NCBI RefSeq assembly: GCF_963921235.1 | Contig: NC_086097.1 | Span: 120,716,001-120,780,000, forward strand | DNA: 64,000 nt | Direction of reading: 5' to 3' | Origin: Mobula hypostoma | Taxonomy: Eukaryota | Shown here: in pieces, positions 36,302-49,615 of the stretch | How the letters are laid out: each line of letters opens with the position of its first letter | Numbering within the stretch: the stretch's first letter is position 1 | The notes under the pieces: model-generated | Seen by the model: only the letters and a program-made list of their open reading frames with translations | Database searches by the model: none | What the model was told of the DNA's origin: nothing | Translations under genes and position numbers: made by a program

Positions 36302-39300
36302 ACATATTGACTGAGACTCCCACTCCTTAAAAGGCCTAGATGTGAAAGATTCTGTCAAATGTGTTCAGGAGTCAATCAATCAGTACATAAAAGTCCCGAC
36401 TAGAGATAGTCTGATAGTAGATCACCTACTGGGAAATGAGACTGAGTAGGTGACAGAAGTTTGTGTAGGGGAACACTTGACATCTAGTGATTATAACGGC
36501 ATTAATTTCAAGGTAATCTTAGAAAAGGATAGGTCTGGTCCTCGGGTTGAGAAAGGCCAATTTTGATAGTATCAGCAATGACCTGGCAAGTGTGGATTGG
36601 TACAGGTGGTTTTCTGGCAAAGGTGTACTTGATAAGTGTGAGGCCTTCAAAAGTCAAATTTTGAGAGTACAGAGTTTGTGTGTTCATATCAGAATTAAAG
36701 GGTAGGATAATAGTTTTCGGGAATCTTTGTTTTCAAGAGATATTGAGGACCTGGTTAAGAAAAAGGAGGTGCATAGCAGGTAAAGACAGACAGGAACAAA
36801 TAAGGTACTTGAGGAGTATGAGAAATGCAGAAGAACACTTAAGAAGGAAATCAGGAGGGCTAAAAGAAAACATGAGGATGCTCTGGCAGACAAGGTGAAG
36901 GACAATCCCAATAGTCTAGAGTCATAGGGTCATAGAACACTAAAGCGCAGAAACAGGCACGTTGGTCTATCCAGTCCATGCTGAACTATTAATCTGCTTA
37001 GTCCCAGTGATCTGCACCCAGGCCATAGCCCTCCATACCCCTCTCATCCATGTACTATCCAAATTTCTCATCAATGTTGAAATCAAACCTGCTTCCATCA
37101 CTTCCACTGGCAGCTTGCTCCTTCTCCGTAATCTGTATAGGGTCCATGATCTCACTGCTGCATTGCCCTACGCCTAGAGACACTGTGTCCCTCTCCCAAG
37201 TAAATCCACTTAAGATCTCCCTCTTCTCTTTTGACTCCATACATAGATTACCACACTGATCTGCCAGAGGACAAATTTGTCTCTTGCTATCCTTTTGTTC
37301 TTAATATATCTGTAGCAACCCTTAGAATTCCCCTTCACCTTGTCTGCCAAGGCAACCTCATGTCTTCTTTTAGCCCTCCTGATTTCCTTCTTAAGTTCTC
37401 TTGCATTTATATAATATCAAGTACCTCATTTATTCTTGTCTGCCTCTATCTGCAGTGCAAATTCCTTTTTTCTTAACCAGAGATTCAGTATCTCCTGACA
37501 ACCACGATCCCCTAAACCTGTTATTGTTGCCTTTTATTCTGACAGGACCATTGAAACTCTGCACTCTCAAAATTTCATATCTGAAGGCCTCCTACTTACC
37601 AAGTAGAACTTTGCCAGAAAGCAACCAATCCCAATCCACATTTGTCAAATCCTTTCTGATACCATCAAAACTGGCCTTAGAATCGCAATCTGAGGACCAG
37701 ACCTATCTTTCTCCATGATTACCTTGAAACTAATGGCATTGTGATCATTAGATGCCAAGTGTTCCCCTACACAAACTTCTTTCACTTGCCCTGTCTCATT
37801 CCCTAATAGGAGATTTAGTATTGCACTCTCTTTATTTGGGGCATCTACGTATGTACTAATTAAGGAAGCCTGACTGAACACATTTGACAAACTCTTTTTC
37901 TTTTAGCACTTTTCCATTCTGGAAGTCCCAGTCAATATATGGAAAGTTAAAATCACCTACTATCACAACCTTATATTTCTTGCAACAGTCTGCAATCTCT
38001 CTACAAGATTGCTCCTTTAAATCCCACAGACAGCTGGGTGGATTATCATAATAATCCTAGTAATGTGGTCATATCTTTCTTATTCCTCAGTTCTATCCAT
38101 ACAACCTCATTAGACAAGTTCTCCAATCTGTCCTGTTTGCGCACTGCCGAGACATTTTCCCTAACTAGTAATGGCACACACCCCCTCCTCCTTTAAACTG
38201 TCCTGCTCTATCATGTCTAAAAGAATGGAACCCCAGGACATTAAGCTGCCAGTCCTGCCCCTCCTGCAACCAAGTCACACTAATAGCTACGATGTCATAT
38301 TTCCACATGCTGATCCATGCCCTAAGTTCACCCTCATTTCCTACAATACTCCTTACAATGAAATATACACAGCTCAACATTAGTCCCACCATGCTTGAGC
38401 ATTTGATTCTTGATCTTAAATGTGGGTTTAACATCTTTCACCACAAACACTCCACTACCTGTTCTGGCACTCTAGTTCCCATTCCCCTGCAGCTCTAGTT
38501 CAAACCCTCCCTCCTGCACAGGTCCCAGCTTTCCTGGAAGAGAGCCCAATGATCCAAAAATTCAACTGCTTAGCCTTGTGTTAGACTGCATGATATTTTT
38601 ATTTCTGGCCTCACTAGCAAGTGGCAAAGATAGCAATCCTGAGATCATCACCCTAACTCACTGAACTCAGTTTGCAGAACCTTGTCACTCATCCTACCCA
38701 TGCTATTGGTACTGACCTCTGGTTGCTCACCCTCCCACTTAAGAATGCTGTGGACTTGATCTGAGGCGTCCTTGATCCTGGCACCCAGGGAGAAACAAAC
38801 ATTTGGGAATCTAGTTCTCATCCACAAAACCATCTTTCCGTTCACCTTACCAACGAATCCTTTATCACTACCGCTCGCCTGTTCTCACCCTATCTCTTTG
38901 GTGCCACAGAGCCAGACTCAGTGTGAGAGACACCTGATCATTGTGGCTTTCCTCTGCTAGGTTACTCACACCCTCACATAACAGTATCCAAGCAATATAC
39001 CTGTTGTCGAGGGGAACAGCCACAGGGACACTCCACACTAGCTGCCTATCCCCGTTCCCCCTCCTAACAATCACACAGTTACCTGTGTTCTACATCTCTG
39101 GTGTAACTATCTCCCTATATGTCCTGTCTCTTAACCCTTCAGCCTTCCAAATGATCCAGAGTTCATCCAGTTCCAGCTCCAACTCCTTAACACAGTCAGT
39201 TAGAACAGCAGTCCCCAACCACCTGGCCGCGGACCAGTACCGGGCCGCAAAGCATGTACTACCAGGCCACGAGGAAATGATATGAGTTAGCTGCACCTTT

Positions 39301-39335
39301 CCTCATTCCCTGTCACACACTGTTGAACTTGAACA

Positions 39336-40755
39336 TAGGGTTGCCAATGTGACGAAAGTACACATAGACTAAGATGTTGACTGTCCTGTGCTATCACCAG
39401 TGGGATCAACAGTTGATCTGCCACCTGTCTTCAGGAGAGAGATAGGTAAGACAATGGAGCAGCATTTAGAAATGTTAATGAAGAGACGAGAGAGATTAAC
39501 GGAAGGAGACACTGGTCCGGGTATTGACAAGACTGGTTTGCTTTGAACCCGAACTGTTTGAAGTGATGGACAGGCAATACCCCAACAGGGGGATAAAAAG
39601 GGACGGGTTCGCTAAGGCAACACCCACCACACGAGACACCACTCACGACACCACGAGGTATCGAGACCCTGGAAGCGGTGCGCACCCACAAGTCGGTGGG
39701 AGGTTTGGAAGGCTGGTCACGAGACCAGCCATAGACGCACAGGGTGGAAAGATTCGGTCGGCGGGAACCTGGTGTGTGTGTCCGCCCTTGCCTGGGTGCC
39801 GGATTCTTCGCAGAGGAACGATCGTATCTGAAAACAGAGGGGTCACAGTCGGTGACCTCAGAAGACATTACAAAGGGCTCGCCCGAAAGCTAACTGCGAG
39901 AAATATCAAAGGTCTGTTGAAACCGATTTTGAATATCAGCAGTCGCTCTCTCTCTCTCTCTCTCTCTTCGACGGCACAACAACGATTGCTGCGAACTGAA
40001 CTAAACTGAACTCTGTCACTTGTGATTGAACATTTTACCCCTAGACTGCGATAGAGCTTGATTGATCCTATTATCCTATTTCTGTGTACATGTGTGTTTA
40101 TTCAGTGCTAACCTGTTGCATTTATATCCTTACTATTAGAGTACTGTGTTGCTTATTTCTTTAATAAAACTTTCTTAGTTCCAGTAATCCAGACTCCAAC
40201 TGAGTGATCCATTTCTGCTGGTTTGGCAACCCAGTTACGGGGTACGTAACACCAACTATCCCGTATTTGCCGGGACATCCCGTATATTGGGTTAAATTGG
40301 TTTGTCCCATACAGGACCGCCCTTGTCCTTATTTCCCCCACTAAGGTAGAGCGTTCTTATGAAACCTTTCATGCCGAAATGGCATAAAGCGAAGAAGCAA
40401 TTGCCATTAATTTATATGGGAAAAATTTTTGAGTGTTCCCAGACCCGAAAAATAACCTACCAAATCATTCCAAATAACACATAAAACCTAAAATAACACT
40501 AACATATAGTAAAAGCAGGAATGATATGATAAATACACAGCCTATATAAAGTAGAAGTAACGTGTGTACAGTATAGTTGGGAAGATTAAGCCAAAAGCGA
40601 TTTGTGGAGAAAAATCAGCAGGTACGCGCATGCGCACACAGGTGCCCCCGCAAGGCTTCATGGTCATGGTAGTCTTTCTCAGGGTAAACACATGTGTCCC
40701 GTATTTGACTGCTACTTTTGTCCCTTATTTGGGAGTGAGAAAGTTGGCAACCCTA
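39336..40755. mobile_element. Inner TIR-bounded element within the hAT MITE
   Basis: tagggttgccaa(c) at 39336 and gttggcaacccta at 40743-40755 are inverted repeats; superfamily and TSD unresolved. Confidence 0.55.
39348..40251 (+). mobile_element. Solo LTR (904 bp)
   Basis: tgtgacg..cgtaaca ends; 4-bp TSD CCAA at 39344-39347 and 40252-40255; gataaaa box, (CT)n, aataaa near 40163. Confidence 0.92.
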
Positions 40756-41439
40756 ACTGTAAAAGACATGTTGAGGTGAGTTTAACCCTACTTGAACACC
40801 CCACCCCTGCTTGGCCAGTCCGCAAGAATATTGTCAATATTAAACCGGTCCGCGGTGTGAAAAAGGTTGGGGACCCCTGAGTTAGAAGCTTCGGCTGTGT
40901 GCACTGCTTGCAGGTATAGTTGTCAGGGACACTGAAGATCTCCTTACCTTCGTACATCCCTCAAGAGGAGCATTCCAGTATCCAGCTCGGCACCACCACT
41001 GCTTTAAATGTGCTATAAGAAAGTAAAAATAAATAATGAAAAAAAATCTACCTACAGCCTACGCCTCTTCTCCTAAGCCTCGATGAGCCAAAGCCTTAAC
41101 TCCCCACTCCAACACAGCACCACTCACACAATGGCTGCTCCACTTAAACCTCACTACTTCTTATTGGTCCTTGCCAAGTACCTGGTTATGTGTGAACCAA
41201 TGTCTTCTTGGGAACTGAGGCACGCAAAATGGTAGACCATCTGGCGGAACGAGCCTATACTATCCAATTACACACTTGTGACCAATTTACCATAAGCCTT
41301 TGGACAGTGGGAGGAAATCGGAGCATCTGGACAGAACAGGGAGAATGTACAAATTCCGTACAGATAGTGGCGAATAGAACCCGCCACACCACCCCATTTT
41401 TGATGTGTTCTGGAGTGCATCATTGCTGTTGTCTCATGC

Positions 41440-41745
41440 ATAAGGCACAGTGAAAAACTGCTCCCTCACATCTCCAGTGACCTGGGTTCAATTCTGACCT
41501 CCGCCCGGAGTTCCCATGCTCTCTGTGTGCTTGTGTACGTTTCCTCCCACAAAAGTTGCTCCAGGTTGGTGGGTTGAATGGCCACAGTAAAATGTGTGTG
41601 GATAAGTGGTTGAATATGGAGGGGAAGGAATTGGTGGCAATATGGGAAAATATAACAGGTTTGGGTCAGACTAATGTATAAATGGGCACAGCGTATTTGG
41701 CACTTGAAGAGTTTCCTTTATCACTGCACAACTCTACAACTCTAT
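41440..41745 (+). mobile_element. HE1-like V-SINE, decayed
   Basis: ggcacagtg..cctcaca.ctccagtgacctgggttcaattc head; gtttcctcccaca core. Confidence 0.7.
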
Positions 41746-42627
41746 TAAAGATTGCCAATAATAGTCATCCATATTTCTTGTATCAACTTATGGCTTCATA
41801 TCCTCTTAAGATTATTCAGTTACGTAAGCATGGATAATATGTGGAATTACCGAACACAAAACATTACAGCACAGTACAGGCCTTTCAGCCTGCGATATTG
41901 TGCCAACCTTTTAACCTACTCTAAGATCTTCCTCCCTACATAACTTTCCGTTTTTATAGAACATAGTATTCAGCATGCAACAATACATTATTGTTTTCTT
42001 CAATGCTCAGGGAACATGAATTATGGAATTGGGACTAGAGCTTGCCTCAATAAGGAGCACACACTGAAAATTTATAATGACAATGAATGTCAGAACTCCA
42101 CTCACACCACTAGCTGCAGGATTCTTTCCCCAAGCACTCTTCCGTAGATCTCTTAAATGTCAAATATAACATTAGTTAAATTCAAATAAAATAAAGACTC
42201 ATTTAATCATCATAAACAATTAAACACTATTTGACCAGATGTGAAATTTCAAAGCCCTGCCAGTATATATTTTAGGAATGCCCTTTTGGGGTTATACAAG
42301 CCCACTCAAGGAATTAATCTATGGAACAGTAACATTAAAAAAAATACATTAATCGTAGCAGATAGCCACTGTAAAGTAAGGAGGAGGCAAAATAGAAGTT
42401 ATTGTAGATTCTTTCATATTAAACTGGAGGAGGATAAGAAATTTTGACAGCTTGACTGATTTAAATTTAACTAATGGGGGAGTTAAATGTAATAGTGAGC
42501 CTATATAGCTGGTCTCATTTGGCTATATTTGGCCTATATCCTTCTAAACATTTCCTATCCATGTACCTGCTAAATTGTCTTTGCTATTATGCATGCCTCA
42601 GCTGCCTTGTTTGGCAGCTCATTCCAT

Positions 42628-43435
42628 GTACAGCGTCTTGTAAACGTATTCAGCCCCCAACCCTTTGTGTACGTAAATGAGTATTATAATCAGGCATTTT
42701 GATCACCTTTTTTCACAGTAGAGCCCAAAAAATAGGGAAAACAGTAAAGCATGCAAAACTAAAAATCCAAGAACTGAAACGACAGCCACTCAAAAGCATT
42801 CACACCCCTTCGCTCGGTAGTTAGTTAAAACTACCGCTTGCAGGTATTACTGCCAGTAGTCTTTTTGGGTAAGTCTCTATTAGTTTTGCACAACATGATG
42901 GAGCAAGATTTGCCCATTCCTCCTTACAAAATTGCTCAAACTGCACCAAGTTAGTTGGAGAGCGACAGTGGACACCAATCTTGAGGTCTTACCAGAAATA
43001 TTCGATCTGGTTATGGTCAGGACTGTAACTAGGCCACTCAAATACATCGATTTTCTTCATTTGAAGCCACTCCATATTTCCTCTGATTGTTGCCCTGCTG
43101 AAAGATGCATTTCCTCCCCAGTTTAAGTTTTGGCAGAGGCTCGCAGGTTTTTATCCAGGATCTCTCTGTACTCAGTAGCAATCATCTTCCCATCAGTTCT
43201 GACTAGACTGCCAGTCCCTGCTGCTGAAAAGCATCCCCATGCACGATGCTATGTCCACCATATTTACAGCAGGGATGGTGTTACCTGGCTGATGCACAGT
43301 ATTAGATTTACACCACACGGTTGAGGTTAAAAAATTTTGCTTTAGTCTCATCGAACCACAAGGTCTTCTTCCACATCTTTACAGTATCTTTTAAGTAATG
43401 CTTTGCAAAGTCTTTACGAACAAGGGGATGTTTAA
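42628..43435 (-). mobile_element. Tc1-like transposon remnant (catalytic domain plus one TIR)
   Basis: Minus strand WKKTLWFDETK, WGCFSAAGTGSLV, EWPSYSPDHNQIE; TA then cagcgtcttgtaaacgtattcagcccc TIR and inner repeat aaaagcattcacacccct. Confidence 0.88.
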
Positions 43436-43989
43436 TCCAAAACTGAACAAGCTTCAGCCTTATACAGAGAGTTAGGGCCAGGGCTAGAGAATCTGACAGG
43501 ACAAACCCAGCACCACAGATGCACACCTTCCACAGGTCGTTAACTTTACTGGGAATGGTAGTGACCATGTTAGGGTTCATGACCTAAATGGTCCCATCTG
43601 CCGAATCAAAACAAGAGCACAGTGGTGAGAGGCAGCAGCCCTAACTCAACAAAAACAAATGTTTTCTGAGGGCCAGCCTGCCAAATCATAAACCATGGCA
43701 CAATACTGTTTTAATCTAATATTCTAACTTGATTAATCTCTTAAAGATTTCGGTTACAGATGTTTGCAATTTCACCTATACATAATGAACAGAATCTTAA
43801 ACCAATGTTGTACAGTTAAGTGTTTTTATTATTACCTGTCAATTAGATACACTGGTTCAGGGTTTATTTTTAAACTACTTATTTTTAATTTAATATAGAA
43901 ACCAGTCAAGAATAGCCTGAACTTTGCATATGTCCTATGCTCCATTTCTCTTGCATGATGCAAAACCTAGTCATGATTTAGCCAGAAGT

Positions 43990-45745
43990 TTATTACTGGC
44001 GGCATCACAGCCTGGTGCAGAAACACCAATGGCCAGGAACAGAAAAGGACTACAAAAAGTGGTGGATGCAGTCCAGCCCATCACCGACAAAGCCCTTCCC
44101 ACCATTGAGCACATTTACAAGGAGCACTGTCTCAAGAAAGTAGCATCCATCATCAAGGACCCCACCATCCAGGCCATTCAACACAAACACTCCTCAGCAC
44201 CTGATTGGAAAGCTGAAACTGCTGGGCCTGAACACCTCCCTCTGCAACTGGATTCTAGACTTCCTGACTGGGAGACCTCAGTCAGTCCGGATTGGAAGCA
44301 GTATCTCCAACACCATCACACTGAGCACGGAGGCCCCCCAGGGCTGTGTGCTCAATCCACTGCTGTTCACTCTGCTGACCCACGGCTATGCGGCAACACA
44401 TGGCTCAAATCACATCATCAAGTTCGCCGATGACACGACTGTGGTGGGTCTCATCAGCAAGAACAACGCGTCAGCATATTGAGAGGAGGTGCAGCAGTTA
44501 ACGAACTGTCTCTGAATGTGAACAAAACAAAAGAGATGGCTGTTGACTTCAGGAGAACACGGAGTGACCACTCTCCACTGAACATTGACAGCTCCTCCGC
44601 TGAGATCGTTAAGAGCACCAAATTTCTTGGTGTTCACCTGGCAGAGAATCTCACCTGGTCCCTCAACACCAGCTCTATAGCCAAGAAAGCCCAATAGCGT
44701 CTTTACCTTCTGCGAAGGCTGAGAAAAGTCCATCTCCCACCCCTCATCCTCACCATATTCTACAGAGGATGTATCAAGAGTATCCTGGCAGCTGCATCAC
44801 GGCCTGGTTTGGGAATTGCACCGTCTTGGTTTGCAAGACCCTGTACCGGATAATGAGGTCAACTGAGAAGATCATCAGGGTCTCTCTTCCCACCATCACA
44901 GACATTTACACTGCACGCTGCACCTGTAAAGCCAACAGCATTGTGAAGGACCCCACGCACCCCTCATACAAACTCTTCTCCCTCCTGCCATCTGCCATAA
45001 GGTACCGAAGCATTCGGGCTCTCACGATCAGAATGTGCAACAGTTTCTTCCCCCAAGCCATCAGACTCCTTAATACCCAGAGACTAGACTGACATCTACA
45101 TCATTTATTATTATATTGTAATCTGTCCTCTACTGTACCTATTGTCTTGTTTATTATTTATTGTACTGCCCTGCACTATTTTGTGCACTTCATGTAGCCC
45201 TGTGCAGGTCTGTAGTCTAGTGTAGTTTTTGTGTTGTCTCACTTTAGTCTAGTGCAGTTTTGTGTTGTTTCATGTAGCACCATAGTCCTGAAGGAACGCT
45301 GTTTCATTTTTACTGTGTACTGTACCAGCAGCTTATGGTCGAAATGACAATAAAAAGCGACTTGACTTGACTAGACTTGATGCTCTCTTCTCAATACTAC
45401 CATCGGGAAGGAGGTAAAGGAAGTTCAGCAATAATTATTACCCTATAACCATTAGGCTTCTGGATAACTTCACTCACCTCAACTCTGAACTGATTCCACA
45501 AACTATGGATTCACTTTCAAGGACAAGTCAGCTCATATTCTCAGTACTATTTTTTATTTGCACAATTTGTCTTCTTTCACACATTGGTTACTTGCCAGTC
45601 TTTGTTCATGCGTACTTTTTCATAAACTCTATTGTATTTAGTTTTCCTGTAAATGCCTGCAAGAAAATGAAACTCAGGGTAGTATATGGTGACATATATG
45701 TACTTCTGTAATAAATTAGATTTGACTTGACTTTGATGTTGACTT
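43990..45745 (+). mobile_element. Rex1/Babar-type LINE 3' fragment, split by a nested copy
   Basis: RKGLQKVVDA..ASIIKDP..PGH | ALFSILPSGRR resumes at 45381; UTR and tttgacttgactttga tail. Confidence 0.8.
44178..45380 (+). mobile_element. Nested Rex1/Babar-type LINE, 5'-truncated
   Basis: [48 protein letters not shown]; (gactt)n tail. Confidence 0.9.
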
Positions 45746-45809
45746 ACACTCAAAACTGTCCACTCAAGTCCTAAAGTTTCAAATGTTGGTCAAACAGTAC
45801 ACTTGCAGG

Positions 45810-46405
45810 TACTCCTTCTCCCCATAACCTTTGACACCTTTACTAATCAAGGAACTATCTGCCTCTGCTTTAAATATACCCAATGACTTGGCCTCTGCAG
45901 CAATGAATTCCATATTTCACCACCCTCTGGCTAAAAAAAATTCTCCCTATCTCTGTTCTGAAGGAACATCCTTGTATTCTGAGGCTGTGCACTCTGGTCT
46001 TAGACTCTCCCACTATAGGAATCATCCTCCCCATGTCCATTCTATCTAGCCCCTTCAATATTCAATATGCTTCAATAAAATCCCCCCTCATTTTTCTAAG
46101 CTCCAGCAGGATCAGACTCAATGGGCTGAATGGCCAAATTCTGCTCAAATGTCTTATGGAGTAAATGGGCCAGAGCTATCAAATGCTCCTCATATGTTAA
46201 CCCTTTCACTCTCAAGATCATTCTTGTGAACTACCTCTGGACCCTCTTCTTTGCCACCACATCCTTTCATAGATATGAGGCCCAAAACTGCTCTCAATAT
46301 TCCAGGCACGCTCTGAGAAATGCTTTATAAAGTGTCAGCATGATCTCCTTGTTTTTATATTCCAGTCCTCTTGAATGAATGCTATCATTATATTTGCCTC
46401 CTTTG
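45810..46405 (-). mobile_element. CR1 LINE 3' fragment
   Basis: KGLDRMDMGRMIPIVGESKTRVHSLRIQG..FFSQRVV. Confidence 0.8.
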
Positions 46406-46809
46406 TTGAGCTGTGAGGTTGGAATTGAATTAATCAAATTAACAGTGTGTTTGTGACACATTGCATATTGGACATGTCATTGTGAAGGTAAAAATCTATC
46501 TTCATCTTTCCTGGCATGAAGTTCAAAGATTTTTACACCCTAAACCCTCTTAATGATGGACATTGAATTTGCTAGATAGAACACATTCACCGCCCTTTCT
46601 CCTTTATTCCATCTAGTATTCTGATTTGGAGTCAACAGTGAAGGAAAGGCCAATAACAGAAGGTTTTATTATTCAGTATCATGAAATGTCGTTGAATAAA
46701 GAAATGTTCTCAAATATCCTGTTAGTCCCCATTTACTCCAAAGAGAACACCACAGGCTCGTCTAGTCTAGTTTTGCAGCTGAAATCTCTCATTGCTGGAA
46801 CTGATTGGG

Positions 46810-47585
46810 AAGTGTGAGGCAATGCATTCTGGTAGGAAAAAGAAATGCAAAGACTATTTTGCAAATAAAGAGAGCATTCAGAAATCACAAGTCCAAAGAG
46901 ATTTGAGAGTCCTAGTTCACGATTCCTTAAGTTTGATTTCCAAGTTGAGTCAGAAGTAAGGAAGGCAAATGTAATGTTAGCATATATTTGAAGAAGGCTA
47001 GAATATAAAAGCTGTATTGCTGAGCCTTTATAAGGTGCATCACATTTGGAATATTGTGAGCAATTCTGGGCCCACATCTAGGAAACAGTATGCTGGCCCT
47101 GGAGTGATTCCAGTGACAGTTCACAAAAAATATTGCCAGTGATGGAAGAGTTAACATATGAGGACAGTTCGAATGCGCTGGGCCTGTATGTGATGCAGTT
47201 CAATAGAATATGGGTAATCTCACTGAAATCTATTGGAATTTGAAAGGGCTGGATAGAGTGGACATGGATGCTTACATTAGTAACAGTTTCAGAACAAAGC
47301 CACAGACTCAGAATAAAGGGATGTTCCATTAAAAATCAGATTAGAATGAATTTCTTCAGCCGTAGGGCAATGAATCTATGGAATTCATTACCACGGGGGA
47401 TAGGGGGGCTGTGGAGGCCATATCAGTGAGTGTATTTAAGACAGAGTTTGTTAAATTGTTAATTGCTAAGGAGGTTAAAAGTTATGAGGAGAAGGTAGGA
47501 GAATGGGGTGGAAAAAATATCAGCCATGATTAAGCAGAATGAATGGGCTGAATGGCCTAATTATGCTCCTCATGGTGTTATGATT
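46810..47585 (+). mobile_element. CR1 LINE 3' fragment, decayed
   Basis: RKANVMLAYI..GLEYKS..HLEYCEQFWAPHL..KGLDRVD; tail gggctgaatggcctaatt. Confidence 0.8.
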
Positions 47586-48752
47586 TAGTGCCGAAGATAC
47601 TTACTCTCGCTAAAACTTTCTAATTTTCTCAAGGATGTAATATTGCATTTAAGGCTGAGAAGTGATTTATAAAGACATTTCAGGAAGAATATTGGCAAAC
47701 AGAAGTTGTGTAGAGGAAGGACTTACAGACAGAAAGTTGGAATGTCATGGGTTAGTGCCAGTGGACACCAGTCAGAAGAGAAGTCACAGAAAGCAGCAGG
47801 AAGAACACCTTTTAATAAAATGAAATTAGAGGTGATTCGACTTCAAAAGCCAAGAAGGAATCATTATAGTTGTCAACAAATCAATCCTAATTAGAACCTT
47901 ACCAACAACTTTGAAAGATGAATTACTCCTCCAATGCTTTTTTTCCTTATCTTAACGGGTCATAAATTTGTTAGCATCTTAAATTCAATGAAAATGGTGA
48001 GCAAACGGGACCCTTATCTGAACAGCTAGACCCAAGAGCTGAGTATTATAGAGCCTTTAATGAGAATTGTGAAATTGGATATTTGACTATTTACTGTATC
48101 TTCAACGGGCCACCCTCTGTTAAATCAAAGTTGTAGGTTTTAAAATAAACCAGACACATGGTGTATTTCTATTTTGTATATCCTCTATTTAAAATTTGTC
48201 TGGCTCAGAGCTTAATCTGAAGATTAAGTTAACCTGCATCGCATAGGACCAATACAGAAAGATTGAACCGAGGCTCAGACTATTCAAGGGAAGAGCACAT
48301 AGCTGAACAGTTCTTCTGCCTCAGTGCTAAGTAACTAGAGTTCTACCTCATGAATTGAAATTTGATCTTACAGTAGCCAGTGAGCTGTCTCATCAAAGAA
48401 TCATAGAACAAACCAAATGTTAACATCACAATAAACATGGCTGTATTACTCAGTCAAATGAGTAATAACCCTCACTTGCAATTTATCTTTCAAGGGACTT
48501 CTTGTTCTTTTATCTGACATGTCAGAGCGTACAAAAAGGCTCAACGCAATTGCTCCTCCTATTAATCTGCAGCATTCTAAAGAGTGGCAGTCAGCTGTTG
48601 GGAGGGAGACAAGGTAGTATGATTTAGTTTCCTTTTACTGGATGTTATCAGTGAATAATGACCTTTCAATGAGATTAGTACCCATATTCTCCCCGTACAT
48701 TCAGTCATTTAAACCACGCACCAAGTTGTTGCAAACAACTTCATTTTACATA

Positions 48753-49615
48753 GTTCAAAGTTCAAAGTACATTTATTATCAAAATATGTATAAATTACAC
48801 AACCTTGAGATTTGTCTCCTTCTAGGAAGCGTCAAAACAAGGACCTATTTAAAAAAGACCACCGAGGACCCAATGTGCAGAGAGAGAGAAAAAAAACACA
48901 AATTGTGCAAACAATAAAAGCAAGCAACAGCATTCAGAACGGAAGTGAGTCCATAGAGATCAAGGCCGAAGCAGACAGAGCAGGCCCACAACCTCAGTTC
49001 AGTAAACAGTGGAGCAAGTCGCTGCAGAGTTTGCAGACGTGAAGCCCGGAGCAGCTAGAACAGTGCGCAGAGAGCAGAGTCAATATCATGGAACAGCGAG
49101 CATAACCAGCTCAACCCTTGCCTCTGGTTCTGACACCCTGCCTTTCCAATCCGTGCAGCCCTGTGTTTAAATCATCTAAACATCAGGTCATCCCTCACAC
49201 TAGGACCCTGGCCCTGTCACATCGGAAATGTTCTGGATGTGGATCCTGCTGCCACGTTTCAGCCCTTATCCTACCTTTCCAGATCAGTCCAGCACCTAGA
49301 TAGATCAAACCTTGCTCTCAATTTTGGTGGATGGGCTCTGACTTTTCTCCACTGCGCACACCCCAACTCCGTCTCGACCTCGCTCGGACAGCTTCTCCTC
49401 GAACGTGCCTTGATCGAGCTCTGACGTTGCATCGTGCCCGCACGCCTTGACCTTTGAATCAGCCTCACCTTAGCTCGTCCCTTCATTGTTTGGGTGATTG
49501 TTTCCAACAATTTTCCACAAAAAAGTGTTACTGATAAAGTATTTAGTTGTATTTCTTGCTATATGAACTGCCAGTCAGTTGTCGCCAATCTTCAGCAGCA
49601 CCACCTTAAACCAGA
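48753..49615 (-). mobile_element. Non-coding LINE-tailed retroposon
   Basis: Minus-strand tail gataataaatgtactttgaactttgaac; head ggtttaaggtggtgctgc (decayed AAGATGGCG type); no RT ORF. Confidence 0.65.

Larger units (their letters stand above)
33420..36912 (+). mobile_element. CR1 LINE 5' half (ORF1 zinc finger, zipper and esterase; endonuclease), 3'-truncated, with three nested inserts
   Basis: CSSC..KCIQ..VKELELELDEL; IVIGDSLVRGTERRFCG..CRLPGARVRD; YDIVAINET; VIVGDYDFPHID; ends ALADKVKDNP. Confidence 0.88.
39206..40879. mobile_element. hAT (Charlie-like) non-autonomous DNA transposon
   Basis: TIRs cagcagtccccaacc / ggttggggacccctg; 8-bp TSD AGTTAGAA at 39198-39205 and 40880-40887. Confidence 0.92.
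36916..41180 (-). mobile_element. CR1 LINE with 5' end, ORF1, endonuclease and 3' tail but no RT; hosts a hAT element
   Basis: PDNYTCKQCTQ / VKELELELDEL; esterase; YFIVRSI..YDIVAISVTWL; ILNLLL..SNDH; jumps at about 37118 to KLPVEVMEAG and tail. Confidence 0.82.

Noticed and set aside
39431..40009. 145-161 aa ORFs on both strands
   Set aside because: They lie wholly within a GC-rich TSD-bounded solo LTR and have no gag, pol or env motifs
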